Positions 53,606 to 64,000 of a DNA stretch of 64,000 nt are shown piece after piece. The stretch spans positions 248,001 to 312,000 of the forward strand of contig CBFFSA010000006.1 of assembly GCA_965644495.1 (NCBI GenBank). The letters are read 5' to 3'. The stretch is from Perkinsela sp. CCAP 1560/9. Its lineage: Eukaryota; Protista; Euglenozoa: Kinetoplastea. Positions within the stretch are counted from its first letter, which is position 1. The number at the start of each line of letters is the position of its first letter. The notes under the pieces are model-generated. The model did not search any database and was not told where the DNA came from. It saw only the letters and a program-made list of their open reading frames with translations. A program made the translations under genes and the position numbers.

Positions 53606-54535
53606 ATGGAGACCATACGGCCCGCTTGCTCACGTGTGCAATCCATGACCAACCAATCCATGACACAGCTATTACAAGGTGTGGGTGAGGTCGAGAATCG
53701 GGTGCGAGTGATTACGGCGCAGCTCGTGGAGGAGAATGCGCGGCGAAATACTCATAGCAGAGACCTTCAAGCTCTGCAAGCAGAGGTGAAACAATTGGAG
53801 TATCGCGAACGTGACGCTAAACATCACTTAGAAAATGCGATCACGAGTCAAAAGCAATAAGAAGAGGAAGTAGCCCGGATGAAAACGTTACTGGCAGAGG
53901 TGAAACAACAGACCCCAGTTCTGATCTCCTTTGAAGAGGCACGAATAGAAAAACTGGAGAAAGAAGCACAATCGTTGCGCACGCAAGCAGAAGAGCTACA
54001 ACGTCTTCCTGAGACGTGGTCTGATTTTGGGGATTCCGCAGATCGTGAACAGCTTGTAACGGTGGAACGCAAGCTTGCGGAAGCCAAAGAAAAGCTGCAA
54101 CGAAGATTGGAACAACAAATGGCCTGCACAGGATGCACTGCACCATATGAAAATTCGGTGAACCCGTTAAACCTTGATGAAATGCAACGTAGAGCTGAAT
54201 TAGAAGAGAAGATTGATAGTGTAAAAACAAAACGTGCTTTAGACACTGAAGCCCACAAAAGAAATATGAGCACTGTTTCACGAGAAATTATGATTCTGGA
54301 AGCTAACCTCAAACGAATGGAATGTAATGAACTTCCCGCAGGGAGTGAAAATGAATACGAGGGGTCACAAAATACCCGACAGTCGAGTGTTGCCGACAAT
54401 TTGAAAAACGTGGAAAACCAGTTATCAAAAGATAAGTTGCTTTTGGAGTCTCTGCACAAACAATTGGCCATGAAGAAGTGCGAATCTTGCATGCAGAATG
54501 AAGAGAGCACGGTAAATATGTCAGCAAACGTATGA
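53606..54535 (+). pseudogene. Coiled-coil gene interrupted by an in-frame TAA (53858-60)
   Basis: ORFs 53606..53860 and 53879..54535 share a frame; coiled-coil character continues across SQKQ*EEEVAR. Confidence 0.6.
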
Positions 54536-54999
54536 CTCTAACAAAAGCTCTTTGTATGTGTAGGGTAGGTAGATAAAAAAAGTTCCTTGTATGCATAGGA
54601 CAGGAGCCTAAATAGAGAAATTATGGTGGAAAAAAAGACGAGCATATTTATTGAACTTGCACCTCTTTGGATGACCCGCCGCTTTTTTTTAACGCGTTAT
54701 CTTGCCAATTTCTTTTTTTATATTGCATTACAGGACACTTTTGAAATACATCTGGTTTCTTTTTTTCTAAAACAGTCAATTCGTTTGCAAACCTTTATTC
54801 CTCCTATTTACCTTTGCTTGATAATTTTTATTGAACAGGGTCCAACAGAATAGAGCGACACAAGACACATTACTTTGACATTGCTATACAGTATCGTACA
54901 TTGCAAACTTTGAAGTCGCTGAAAGAATTGGTTTCACAAACTACTTAATGTAATTCACAAACTACTTAGTAATATATATTTTTTACTTAAGCTACTTAC

Positions 55000-55827
55000 A
55001 TGACAGCTGAAGGCAAAACCTCACGTTGGAGCAAAGAAAAATATCCCACACATGGTGTTCCGACTTATTTGCCACAAGAGATGTTACTGGAACATGATGG
55101 AAAGGCCACGCGAGCGGTGGTATTGCGAGCGCAACTGCAGGATATGGAACGGCTTCGCGAAGCGCAAAATATTGATATCTACTATGCGCGACGTCGGGAA
55201 TGTTCTCCTAATGATAAATGGGACGCCAAAGGACATCGAGTAAATGTGAAAGAGAAAATGTTCCTTGAACGAATGAACCAAATCCGCGCTGAGATAACAA
55301 ACTTAAATGCGGAGGCACATGGTCGAATTCCTGATGCCCAGACGAAGGAGATTGTCCATAAAATATATTTCACTCGTAGGCAGATGGAGGAAAGGCTTCA
55401 TGGAGCGTTGATCGGCGTTCGTGGCAAGACACAACAAGAACTGGAACGGGAGACCAATTGTCGCATTTTACTTGCTGGAAAAGGAATCTCTAACAATGCC
55501 CGACACCACGCATCGCCGGAAGATGCGGGCGATAAGCCACACTGTAAAATTCTTGCACCAGATGAGGAAACGCTGCAGCGTGCCATTGCAAAGATACAAT
55601 TTTTGTTGAGCGATGATCCGGAGGCTGAGGCCTTGCGAGATGAAAATCGTCGCCGTCTGGCTATTGCGAACGGGACCTATCGAGAGGATTTATGGCGTGC
55701 GCGAACTGTGAAGTCTAGCATAACGTCGTTGGATGGAAATTCTGCGAGAGACACGCACCCAGATGTCGGAAAGAAAGGAGAGGAAACAATGGACCAAGAT
55801 GTTAGGGAATTTCTTAAACAAGTGTAA
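55000..55827 (+). CDS. SF1: Splicing factor 1 / branch-point binding protein
   Basis: RECSP..WDAKGHRVN; KH motif GALIGVRGKT..LERETNCRILLAGKG. Confidence 0.88.
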   Translation: MTAEGKTSRWSKEKYPTHGVPTYLPQEMLLEHDGKATRAVVLRAQLQDMERLREAQNIDIYYARRRECSPNDKWDAKGHRVNVKEKMFLERMNQIRAEITNLNAEAHGRIPDAQTKEIVHKIYFTRRQMEERLHGALIGVRGKTQQELERETNCRILLAGKGISNNARHHASPEDAGDKPHCKILAPDEETLQRAIAKIQFLLSDDPEAEALRDENRRRLAIANGTYREDLWRARTVKSSITSLDGNSARDTHPDVGKKGEETMDQDVREFLKQV

Positions 55828-56395
55828 TGGGTGGAATGAAATAGACTGTAGAGTGAATTTTGGGAAGATGTCTACATGAATCCTATGCATAAACAAAGAT
55901 AGGGTTTCTTGCCTTGTTGGTACTTAGCCTTCGCTCATCCTTTCTTTCCCCGGCAACGGGCATACTCTTACTCTAAATTTTTATACCCGTTGCCGGCAAG
56001 CGCTCCTCTACTTTGCTCCACCTCTATTTTGCTGAAGCAGGGGCCGTGTGATATAGGGATTGCGCTTCCGGTTTTCTGCACCTACACATGACGACTGAGC
56101 TCTGTGCGCCTGGGACCTCAGCTCTGCGCGCCCGCAAATCATCAGCGAGGGCAATCGCTCACGTTGTCCACCCGTGCTGTTGGGACAAAGACATTGTGGG
56201 TAAAGCTCTGTACTATAACTGATTGATAATATATACTTTCATATACAGAATTTTTTGTAGGTGCATTACTGTATCCAATACACGGTGTAGTGCGGACAAT
56301 TACGGATAAAAGATTAGAATAATTTTTCATTTAGCAAAAGTGGTACGATTCTGTACAATGTACACACCGACGGAACCCTTGGAGAGTAATTCTTG

Positions 56396-58357
56396 ATGGC
56401 AAGGAAAAAGAAGAAAGTTGCTTCACCACAAGCATCCATATATCATCATCTGGCTCGCGATGTTGAGAATCCCGGCGATGTACATACAAAGTCTAGATCC
56501 GTCCACGTCGACAAACAGAATTCCCCGACTCAAAGTGAACGCAAAAAAATGCTTCAACGCATTTATGGCCGCAAAGCGGCTCCAATTTTGACATTCAATC
56601 TACAAAGACGAACTTCTTTGTCCATACCTGATATTTCACGAACTCTGTTGTGTTTGCTCTGCGATGATGCAATCATGCCGAACTGGTTTATTGTCCGAAA
56701 TCGCCCGTTCATTCATACCGTCTGTCTAATTGCAGTAGAAGGCTTTACAATTGAGGACAAATCGCACGTCTGTGAACTAATCTCGATGACTAGTCCGCAA
56801 CCTGATACCGCAACTCTTGATGGCCACCAGCACTCTCCAGGCACAGCCGAAATACTTCAATATGTGCCAGTTTATTGCGACGGTAAGGATTGCACAAGCC
56901 AAGACGACGTTTATCGCAAATTCTTTCTACAAAAAATTAACCGACAAAACCGAGCTACCGCAACTCTCAATAACGAAATTGTCACTGCTACACGACCGGA
57001 TCTCGTACACCACAGCAGCGTCGCTAGCGCCATGCAGTTCCTTGAGGCGGACGCTGAAACCTCTCCGGCAATTGAAGAAGTAAAACGGCATCTCTGCACC
57101 CCACCTACAAACTGGAAATGCCAACCCTTTGACCTTTTGCTTCCCCACAGTGAACTCATCGTACACGGCTATCCCCTGAACGCAACTTCACACTCTCTAC
57201 CCACCACGAATGCAACCAATCCCGTCCCCACCGACACTCTCCCCCCTACTACTTCTCTCTCTCTCCCCTGCTTCTCCCCCTTCCGCACCGCTCCCCCACG
57301 CCCTGACTCCACCCCCTCCCCTCCCTCCATCGTCGCCATCGACTGCGAGATGTGTCTCACCCCCTCCGGTTTCGAACTCACCCGGGTCTCACTGATTGAC
57401 TTCTTCACCCACTCCGTACTCTACGACACCCTTGTCCGGCCCCGTGGTACAATCACCGACTACCTTACCCAATACAGCGGCATCACCCCCGCACGGCTAT
57501 CGAACTGTGATGTCACCTTAGAAGGGGATGTCCATCCCACCCTGTTTTCAAAATTCTTGTTTGAGGACACCATTGTGATTGGCCACTCGTTGGAGAATGA
57601 TTTAGCCGCGCTCAAGATTTCGCACGCAAACGTCATCGACACCGCTGTGGTCTACCCCCACCCCGCGGGGTTACCTCGGAAGAACTCCCTACGCTATCTG
57701 ACCTATCGACACTTAAAACGGTATATTCAAAACGGCGATGCGGGCCACGACAGTGTGGAGGACGCCATGGCGTGTGTGGAGTTGGTGAAGCTCAAGCTGG
57801 TCCATGGGGAGCGGTATGGGATGGAGGCGGGCATGCAGCCCACGGAGAGTATTCTGCGGCAGCTGGTAAAGAATGGGGTACGCTGTGCTGTGGTGGATTC
57901 GACCGAACGGGTCGCGGGGTTTATTCCGATTCCGTGTGCCGTGGGCGAACGGAAACGGGGGGTGGGTGCAGGGGAGGTGGGCGGTACGAGCGCAACAGGG
58001 AGTGTGGATGTGGTGGCGGCGTCAAATGATGAAAGGCTGGTGAAGCGACTGGTCACATTGTTACAACGGAAATATGATGTGCAGAGCGATGAGGAGGAGG
58101 GCGATGAGAATTCAGGGAAGGATCGCTCATCTGACAGGTATTTCATTTGGGGTGGGTTATCCGGAATCTGTCCAAGCGACCTACCGAAAACACTTCATCC
58201 TGTAATGGAAGCTGCGTCGAAACATACTGTTTTTATATTTTTTGGGTATCCTGACAATGCAAGTGCGCGTGAACAGGATTCGGACGATATGAGTGAAGTT
58301 GACTTTAAATCAGTCACAAAACCTTTAGGAGTCTTGGCACTCTGGGTTAAGCCCTAA
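56396..58357 (+). CDS. REXO1/Rex1-like DEDDh RNA exonuclease
   Basis: AIDCEM, ITDYLTQYSGIT, IGHSLENDL, GHDSVEDA. Confidence 0.92.
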   Translation: MARKKKKVASPQASIYHHLARDVENPGDVHTKSRSVHVDKQNSPTQSERKKMLQRIYGRKAAPILTFNLQRRTSLSIPDISRTLLCLLCDDAIMPNWFIVRNRPFIHTVCLIAVEGFTIEDKSHVCELISMTSPQPDTATLDGHQHSPGTAEILQYVPVYCDGKDCTSQDDVYRKFFLQKINRQNRATATLNNEIVTATRPDLVHHSSVASAMQFLEADAETSPAIEEVKRHLCTPPTNWKCQPFDLLLPHSELIVHGYPLNATSHSLPTTNATNPVPTDTLPPTTSLSLPCFSPFRTAPPRPDSTPSPPSIVAIDCEMCLTPSGFELTRVSLIDFFTHSVLYDTLVRPRGTITDYLTQYSGITPARLSNCDVTLEGDVHPTLFSKFLFEDTIVIGHSLENDLAALKISHANVIDTAVVYPHPAGLPRKNSLRYLTYRHLKRYIQNGDAGHDSVEDAMACVELVKLKLVHGERYGMEAGMQPTESILRQLVKNGVRCAVVDSTERVAGFIPIPCAVGERKRGVGAGEVGGTSATGSVDVVAASNDERLVKRLVTLLQRKYDVQSDEEEGDENSGKDRSSDRYFIWGGLSGICPSDLPKTLHPVMEAASKHTVFIFFGYPDNASAREQDSDDMSEVDFKSVTKPLGVLALWVKP

Positions 58358-58448
58358 CCTTGTCTCCAATTTTTGGCCGTTTTCTCTTTGAGAAAGCACG
58401 GAAAGACCTCTCACACAACTCTGCTAGAGCTTTTCAATGTACTACATA

Positions 58449-58497
58449 TACATGTAATGTTACATTACATGTAATGGACATACATTATGTATGTCCA
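58449..58497. repeat. Two adjacent TTA-centred perfect palindromes
   Basis: TACATGTAATGT-T-ACATTACATGTA and TGGACATACAT-T-ATGTATGTCCA. Confidence 0.9.
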
Positions 58498-58627
58498 AAT
58501 TTGGGATATTTCCATGTGCTTCGCCCGATGTAAATATTTTATAAAGGCAAAAAATACTTTACATCCTTTGATTCCTAGCGCGTAGTTTTTTCAAAGAACT
58601 TGTAAAATTATTATCATTCCGATTTTG

Positions 58628-60571
58628 ATGACACGCGAAAAAAACAAAGTAGTACCACCCAAGGCATCCGCCACACATCATCTGATGCGCGCTATTGAGA
58701 ATCCAGAGGATGAGAATGTACAGTCTACATCATCTACAGATAATAGCGAACGTAATTCTCGGACGAAGAGGGAACGTACGAAAGTATTCCATGAGCTCAT
58801 TTTTAATAACACTATTTTGGCAATATCTGATATCTCGCGAGCACCTTTGAGCTTGCTTTGCGATGCTACAATCGCGCAGAACTGGCTTGCTGATCGAAAC
58901 CTCCCGTTCATACAAACCGTCTGCCTAATTGTAATGGAGGGCTTCATAACTGATGAAAAATCTTATCTCAGTGACCTAGTTTCAATGATCAGGCCGTCAG
59001 TGAATAGCGATGCTACTATTGGCGATGCCGAACACTCGTCCTCCAATATTGACGACTTACTGATTTATGAATCTGTGCACTTTGACAGTAATGCTTGCAA
59101 AAGTCCTGATGATATTTATCGTAACTTCTTCTTTCACAAGTTTGCCAAAATTCAAACCAAAGTACTTCCAAGAATTGCCAATGTTAAATATTTATCTGCC
59201 CAGTATTGCCCAATAATTGGGCAGCCCCGTCCTGCGTTTTTGTTTCAATCGCTTGAAGTAGAAGCTAACACCTCACCGACAACTACAAAAAGTGCAGGAA
59301 AGATATCTAAGTTACCAACGCTCTGGCAGTGCCATCCTTTCGATCTTTTGCTTCCCTACAGTGAATTAATAAATCACGGGTACCCCCTTGTATCCACTTC
59401 CTCGTCCCAGCTTCTCGCCTCACAGGTGGAAAATCTTTCTCTATCAAACAGTTCGCTCCTTCCTATGTTCTCGCGATCCTCTTCTCCATCTGTTCTCCAT
59501 ACCGCTTCCCCACGCCCTGAATCCGCACACTCTCATTCCTGCATCGTCGCCATTGACTGTGAAATGTGTGAGACTGAATTTGGTAAGGAACTCAGCCGAA
59601 TCTCAGTCGTCGATTTTTTCACCCACTCCGTACTCTACGACACACTCGTCCGGCCCCGTGGTACAATCACCGACTACCTTACCCAATACAGTGGTATCAC
59701 TCAGCGTCAAATTGCGAACTGTGATGTCACCTTAGAAGGGGATGTCCATCCCACCCTGTTTTCAAAATTCCTGTTTGAAGACACCATTGTGATTGGCCAC
59801 TCGCTGGAGTATGATCTCATCGCGCTAAAGATAGCGCATGAAAAGGTGATTGACACCGCAGTGGTCTATCCCCACCCCGTTCGATCTACGCGAAAGCAAT
59901 CCCTGCGGTCACTCACTGAAAAACACTTGAACCGGAAAATACAACAGAGCGCATCCGGCCATGACAGTGTGGAGGACGCGATTGCATGTGTGGAGTTGGT
60001 GAAGCTGAAGCTCATCCATGGGGAACATTATGGGAACAGCTCCGTTCATCGGCACAAAGGAACCATTCTGCGACATTTGGTGCGAAATGGAGTACAGTGT
60101 AGTGTGGTAGATTCGCCAGAACGTGTGGCAAAGTTTATTCCATCCTGTTCACTAGGAGCGCGGAAGTCGGAAAATAGTGCGAGAGGAAGCGAAAATTCTA
60201 CCACCGTGCGAGGCAGCGTGGATGGGATCGCCGCCCCTAACGATGCACAAGTGGTTCAGCAACTTGCTGCCTTGCTACGAGGATGTTGCAGTAAGGATGT
60301 CAAAGATGCGGAAGGAGAAGACAATTCAGGGATTCAGCGTCCGGGAGACACACATTTCATCTGGGGTGGAATACACGGAACCAATCCAACTGATATACCT
60401 CAAACTTTATACCCTGCATTAGAGGCTGCACCAAAAGATACTGTCTTCATGTTCCTTGGATATCCTGAGAATTCAAGTCTACGTGAACAGTCTTCTGTTT
60501 GCAGTACTAAAAGTGAAGGTGATTCACCGTCGAAGTCGTCAGGGTTCTTAGCGTTTTGGGCGAAGCCCTAA
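58628..60571 (+). CDS. REXO1-like exonuclease, tandem paralog
   Basis: Same DEDDh motifs; colinear with 56396..58357. Confidence 0.92.
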   Translation: MTREKNKVVPPKASATHHLMRAIENPEDENVQSTSSTDNSERNSRTKRERTKVFHELIFNNTILAISDISRAPLSLLCDATIAQNWLADRNLPFIQTVCLIVMEGFITDEKSYLSDLVSMIRPSVNSDATIGDAEHSSSNIDDLLIYESVHFDSNACKSPDDIYRNFFFHKFAKIQTKVLPRIANVKYLSAQYCPIIGQPRPAFLFQSLEVEANTSPTTTKSAGKISKLPTLWQCHPFDLLLPYSELINHGYPLVSTSSSQLLASQVENLSLSNSSLLPMFSRSSSPSVLHTASPRPESAHSHSCIVAIDCEMCETEFGKELSRISVVDFFTHSVLYDTLVRPRGTITDYLTQYSGITQRQIANCDVTLEGDVHPTLFSKFLFEDTIVIGHSLEYDLIALKIAHEKVIDTAVVYPHPVRSTRKQSLRSLTEKHLNRKIQQSASGHDSVEDAIACVELVKLKLIHGEHYGNSSVHRHKGTILRHLVRNGVQCSVVDSPERVAKFIPSCSLGARKSENSARGSENSTTVRGSVDGIAAPNDAQVVQQLAALLRGCCSKDVKDAEGEDNSGIQRPGDTHFIWGGIHGTNPTDIPQTLYPALEAAPKDTVFMFLGYPENSSLREQSSVCSTKSEGDSPSKSSGFLAFWAKP

Positions 60572-61407
60572 AAATTGTCTCCGGTTACGAGGTTAGCTGG
60601 GCGGGGGGTTAGAGGGAAAAATCTCAGGTTTCTTTATATTTTATTCGTACTCTTCCGACACTACGTAATCTCCGTTCATACTGCTGATGTGACACAAAGT
60701 TTATCTCAGTATGTTCATAGGTTTTGAAGAAGTCAAGGGTGCTTTTTTCTAAGGGTAGATACATTGTACGTCACACATTTCTATATGTTACATTGGAAAC
60801 GTGCCAAGATAGCCCAAATTAAATGGGCCAGTGTCGTATGATGTACTTGGTCAAAGATTATTAAACATTCTTGCTGAATTGGAATAGTTGCTTAACGAAT
60901 CATTTACGATTTCTTTATGAAACATATTTTTCTTATTTTTCCGAATTCGGAGATTTGGTCTTGCTGTTTGTTTTTCTGTCTTGCTCTTTGTCAGTAAAAC
61001 GTTTTTTGATTCATTTTGTTAGGAAATATTTTTCCAGAACCTTGTTTTACCAAATTTTCATCTGATTAATACCAAAGCAGAAAAAACTGGATCCAGGAAC
61101 TGAAATCTGAAGGTGATCAAATACTTTATTTACTTTCGTGTACCATTGTAAACCTTTTTTTCTATTAAAAACTCTGAAATGATTTTAAGTTCCAACATTC
61201 ACTCTCCTGAGTTTTAGAAGATGATTTTGAGAGAAAAAAACTTTTATTTCTCAGAAAGTGAGCTTGCGTTGTGCATCTGTAAAGTAGTAAAACAAGGGAA
61301 AAATAAATTCATGACTATCTGAGAAAAACAAGTACTTGCTCTGTGACTGGTATTCCTAGACTTCCTTCTAGACTCATTGATTAAAACAATAGCATTCCTT
61401 ACAGTAA

Positions 61408-63126
61408 ATGAGTCCACCACCGAGAGAAATTTTAACTTGCAGTTTAGGGGTCCTGGGTTCGTTGAGCTCTGTGCCTTACTGGAATGCACTCACCACGAGA
61501 GATCAAGAAAACTCAACGCTTTATCGATGCGACGGGAAAGCATGTCGCCCAAGATTTATGGCGCTTTATCCCAGGCATATGCCATTGGAGAATTCTCCGG
61601 GCACCCAAAAGGTTTCATCTAATGAATGCGCCGATCGTGATCCTGAGCGTGATGCATGTAAAATTAGTAAGCCCCACGACAGTACTTGTTTTTCTACACT
61701 TCGTTCAAATTTTCATAATCATGTCCATTTTGAACTTGATCTCCAGGAGAACTCAGATCAATTTGGCGGTCATTCAGCTACAGTCCAACAATTATGCCGT
61801 ACAACTTGTGGTTCAGAATCATCCGAAAATGCGCGCAAGGGAAAGGAGCTCTCAAGATGGCATGAATGTATTACTTCACAATACGGAGACCACTGTGGTG
61901 CACCACATGGTCTTCATTCTCGAACTTTGTTACCTGTTACGCTACCTGCTACGGCCGAACTAAGCTCAATGCCTAACCAGTTGGCCAGTCAGTCGCCTTT
62001 ATCTATGTATGGTCTTGGAAAGGAGCTGTTTGCAAGTACCCGTGAGGTTGTACTAGACAATTTTCGATATTTTCTAGAAGAATGTGAACATCCTCAAGGC
62101 ATACAGTTCTTTACAGAGGCAGACTCGATTTTTGGCGGTTTGCTCCCCGCCCTGACTGAAGCGGTTCAGGATGAAATCGGTCCCCTTGCCTTTATCGTGC
62201 GCGGTTCGATTAGGCCTTCTGTCACAGAGGTGTCTTCACATAATATTGTCTCGGAGATTAACGAGAGAAGTCTCATGCAGACTGAAATCGCGCGGTGGAT
62301 GAGTGCTGTTGAAATGAATAACTGCTCCACTCTGTATATGCCGATAGATCTCACAGCTTATGATGGGAAGATAGATGTGCTTCCCGGGTATACAAATCAC
62401 ATGATTGACACTACCCTGTCCAATGAATGGTTCTTACCATCGCTACTTGCTATTCCCTATCAAGTTGCGATGGATTGTAATTTAGGCCGGGAGCGTGCGA
62501 CCGTACTGACACCTGGCTTGCCGAGCCGCCGTGTTTCATGCTTTCACGAGGTCGCTCATCAGTTGCAGTATTCTTCCAGCACTCGTATTCTACATTTGGA
62601 CATGGCTTTTCCTCATCCTCGTGATTTATCTCACATTCGCCATGGTTCGAGAAAGGCAGAAGACTTTTTTCATTATTCATCTTTCAACTGTAGACCTAAA
62701 ACAGAGCAGACATACTCTCAATTGTGGTCAAGTAGGGGAATTGAAACATCTGTCATGGAAATAGAACATGTCCTGCGATCGCGGCAATATGCACAGACTT
62801 ATAGTCCGAAACGAGCAATATACATTTCTGCACAACCCTATCCTTTGCATCCACTAACCCCTTCGAAGTTTTTGGGTCTCGAATCAAATGCAGATCTCTC
62901 GTCCCTGAAGTTCAGTGAAGTTCCAGTTGCAGTCTGTGGCACAATGGGTTCCCAAACTGCTACATGGGTGAAAGAGTTGGCCGATGCTATCAATGGTTTG
63001 AGAAAAAACTCTTCTTTGCGGCGTAGCATCACTGGTCGAACGTACCCATATATGGAGCACGATGATTGGGTGGGATTGTTTGAGCACAGTGATGCGCTTA
63101 TTGATGACTACAGTTCTACACATTGA
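61408..63126 (+). CDS. MSTO1: Misato/DML1 tubulin-like protein
   Basis: REILT..G, YWN, RPR, FRYFLEECEHPQGIQF..FGGL. Confidence 0.85.
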   Translation: MSPPPREILTCSLGVLGSLSSVPYWNALTTRDQENSTLYRCDGKACRPRFMALYPRHMPLENSPGTQKVSSNECADRDPERDACKISKPHDSTCFSTLRSNFHNHVHFELDLQENSDQFGGHSATVQQLCRTTCGSESSENARKGKELSRWHECITSQYGDHCGAPHGLHSRTLLPVTLPATAELSSMPNQLASQSPLSMYGLGKELFASTREVVLDNFRYFLEECEHPQGIQFFTEADSIFGGLLPALTEAVQDEIGPLAFIVRGSIRPSVTEVSSHNIVSEINERSLMQTEIARWMSAVEMNNCSTLYMPIDLTAYDGKIDVLPGYTNHMIDTTLSNEWFLPSLLAIPYQVAMDCNLGRERATVLTPGLPSRRVSCFHEVAHQLQYSSSTRILHLDMAFPHPRDLSHIRHGSRKAEDFFHYSSFNCRPKTEQTYSQLWSSRGIETSVMEIEHVLRSRQYAQTYSPKRAIYISAQPYPLHPLTPSKFLGLESNADLSSLKFSEVPVAVCGTMGSQTATWVKELADAINGLRKNSSLRRSITGRTYPYMEHDDWVGLFEHSDALIDDYSSTH

Positions 63127-63677
63127 TAGATTTCACGTCATACGAATGTATCAAACTTGTACAAGCATAAAAAAATTACTGTTTTGCATAATACAACGTT
63201 ATCTTATTCACTAATGCACAAGCATGCGATCTAGGCAGCATAGAAATAGTACATTTAGACGTGCATCATAGAGTAAAAGACTATGATAAAATGATGAATC
63301 TTTTTGTGTGTTTTATACTCAAATTCGTAGATTTTAGAATAGTTGAGGGTTTTCAAGCTTACGTTATTTTGGGTATGGAATGAGTCGGAGCATTGCCCTG
63401 AACCTTGGGACACTAGGTGTCTGCTTGATTAGTCATCTGTTATCATGTGGTGTGTCTTGCGCGGAAAATTATAAAAATATCTTTGAAACACTAGAGGGCT
63501 TCCATACGACGCACGAAACTTTGGATTCCACGCACGAATTCTTACATTCCGATGCAGCAACGGGTCGTCATACTTCATTGCGATACAATGTCACGAAATG
63601 CGATTCGCAGCGTTATCATACCCTTGTTGACGTTGAACGACTCTATTGTCATCATTCAGGACACGCAGAAATTCAAT

Positions 63678-64000
63678 TTAAAAGCCAGTCAAGTCTTTCA
63701 AATTTTCTAGAGCAAGTATCTCCGGGCACAGTTTTGATGTCTCATCACAGTCTGAAGTGTCAATCAAGTGGTGATCATGTCTTATTCCGTGTACAGAGTA
63801 TCGAGCTTCATCCAGAAAAGGAATGTCAAGTAGAGGTAATCGGGAACGAACTGCAGCCATTTGAGATCTTTCGGCACGCTGAAGTTGAGTTCGCCACCAA
63901 TATGGCACATGCGCCCCCAAGTTCACAGCGTAAAGTCGAAAGCAAGTGTGGAAATCGTGCAAATTGGTACATGCCTGAGTTCCTAAGCGCCAATCCAATC
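63678..64000 (-). CDS. 3' end of a hypothetical minus-strand gene (truncated by window edge)
   Basis: Frame open to the window end; no + strand ORF listed here. Confidence 0.5.
   Translation of the reverse strand, partial: LDWRLGTQACTNLHDFHTCFRLYAVNLGAHVPYWWRTQLQRAERSQMAAVRSRLPLLDIPFLDEARYSVHGIRHDHHLIDTSDCDETSKLCPEILALENLKDLTGF

Noticed and set aside
2-64000. Blastocrithidia-like reassignment of stop codons
   Set aside because: Dozens of long ORFs lack internal stops and end in TAA, TAG or TGA; only two isolated in-frame stops were seen

Overview
Eukaryotic, kinetoplastid-type DNA. About 35 intronless genes lie head-to-tail on the + strand (polycistronic organisation), with a probable convergent strand switch near 63.1-63.7 kb. 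RET1 TUTase is the kinetoplastid marker; the compact layout and short-LRR expansion suggest a Perkinsela-like prokinetoplastid (inference only). Recognisable genes: bystin, RET1, RNF5-like RING, Vps53, MCTP-like C2/PRT_C, RsfS/MALSU1, PPR, BolA, RPT5, LTV1, PEX4-like E2, SF1, two REXO1-like exonucleases, Misato, and nine short LRR genes. Unexplained structure: (1) a 1.45-kb Mutator/foldback-like element with a perfect 9-bp TSD carrying an ORF-less, highly base-paired core; (2) an internally deleted Tc1-type transposon plus several TA-flanked MITEs; (3) recurrent, always C-rich-then-G-rich skew switches written through coding sequences; (4) intergenic perfect palindromes centred on TTA/TAA; (5) an LRR family that is hypervariable at predicted concave-face residues; (6) two genes interrupted by single in-frame stops. 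All protein calls come from motif recognition by eye, not database searches.
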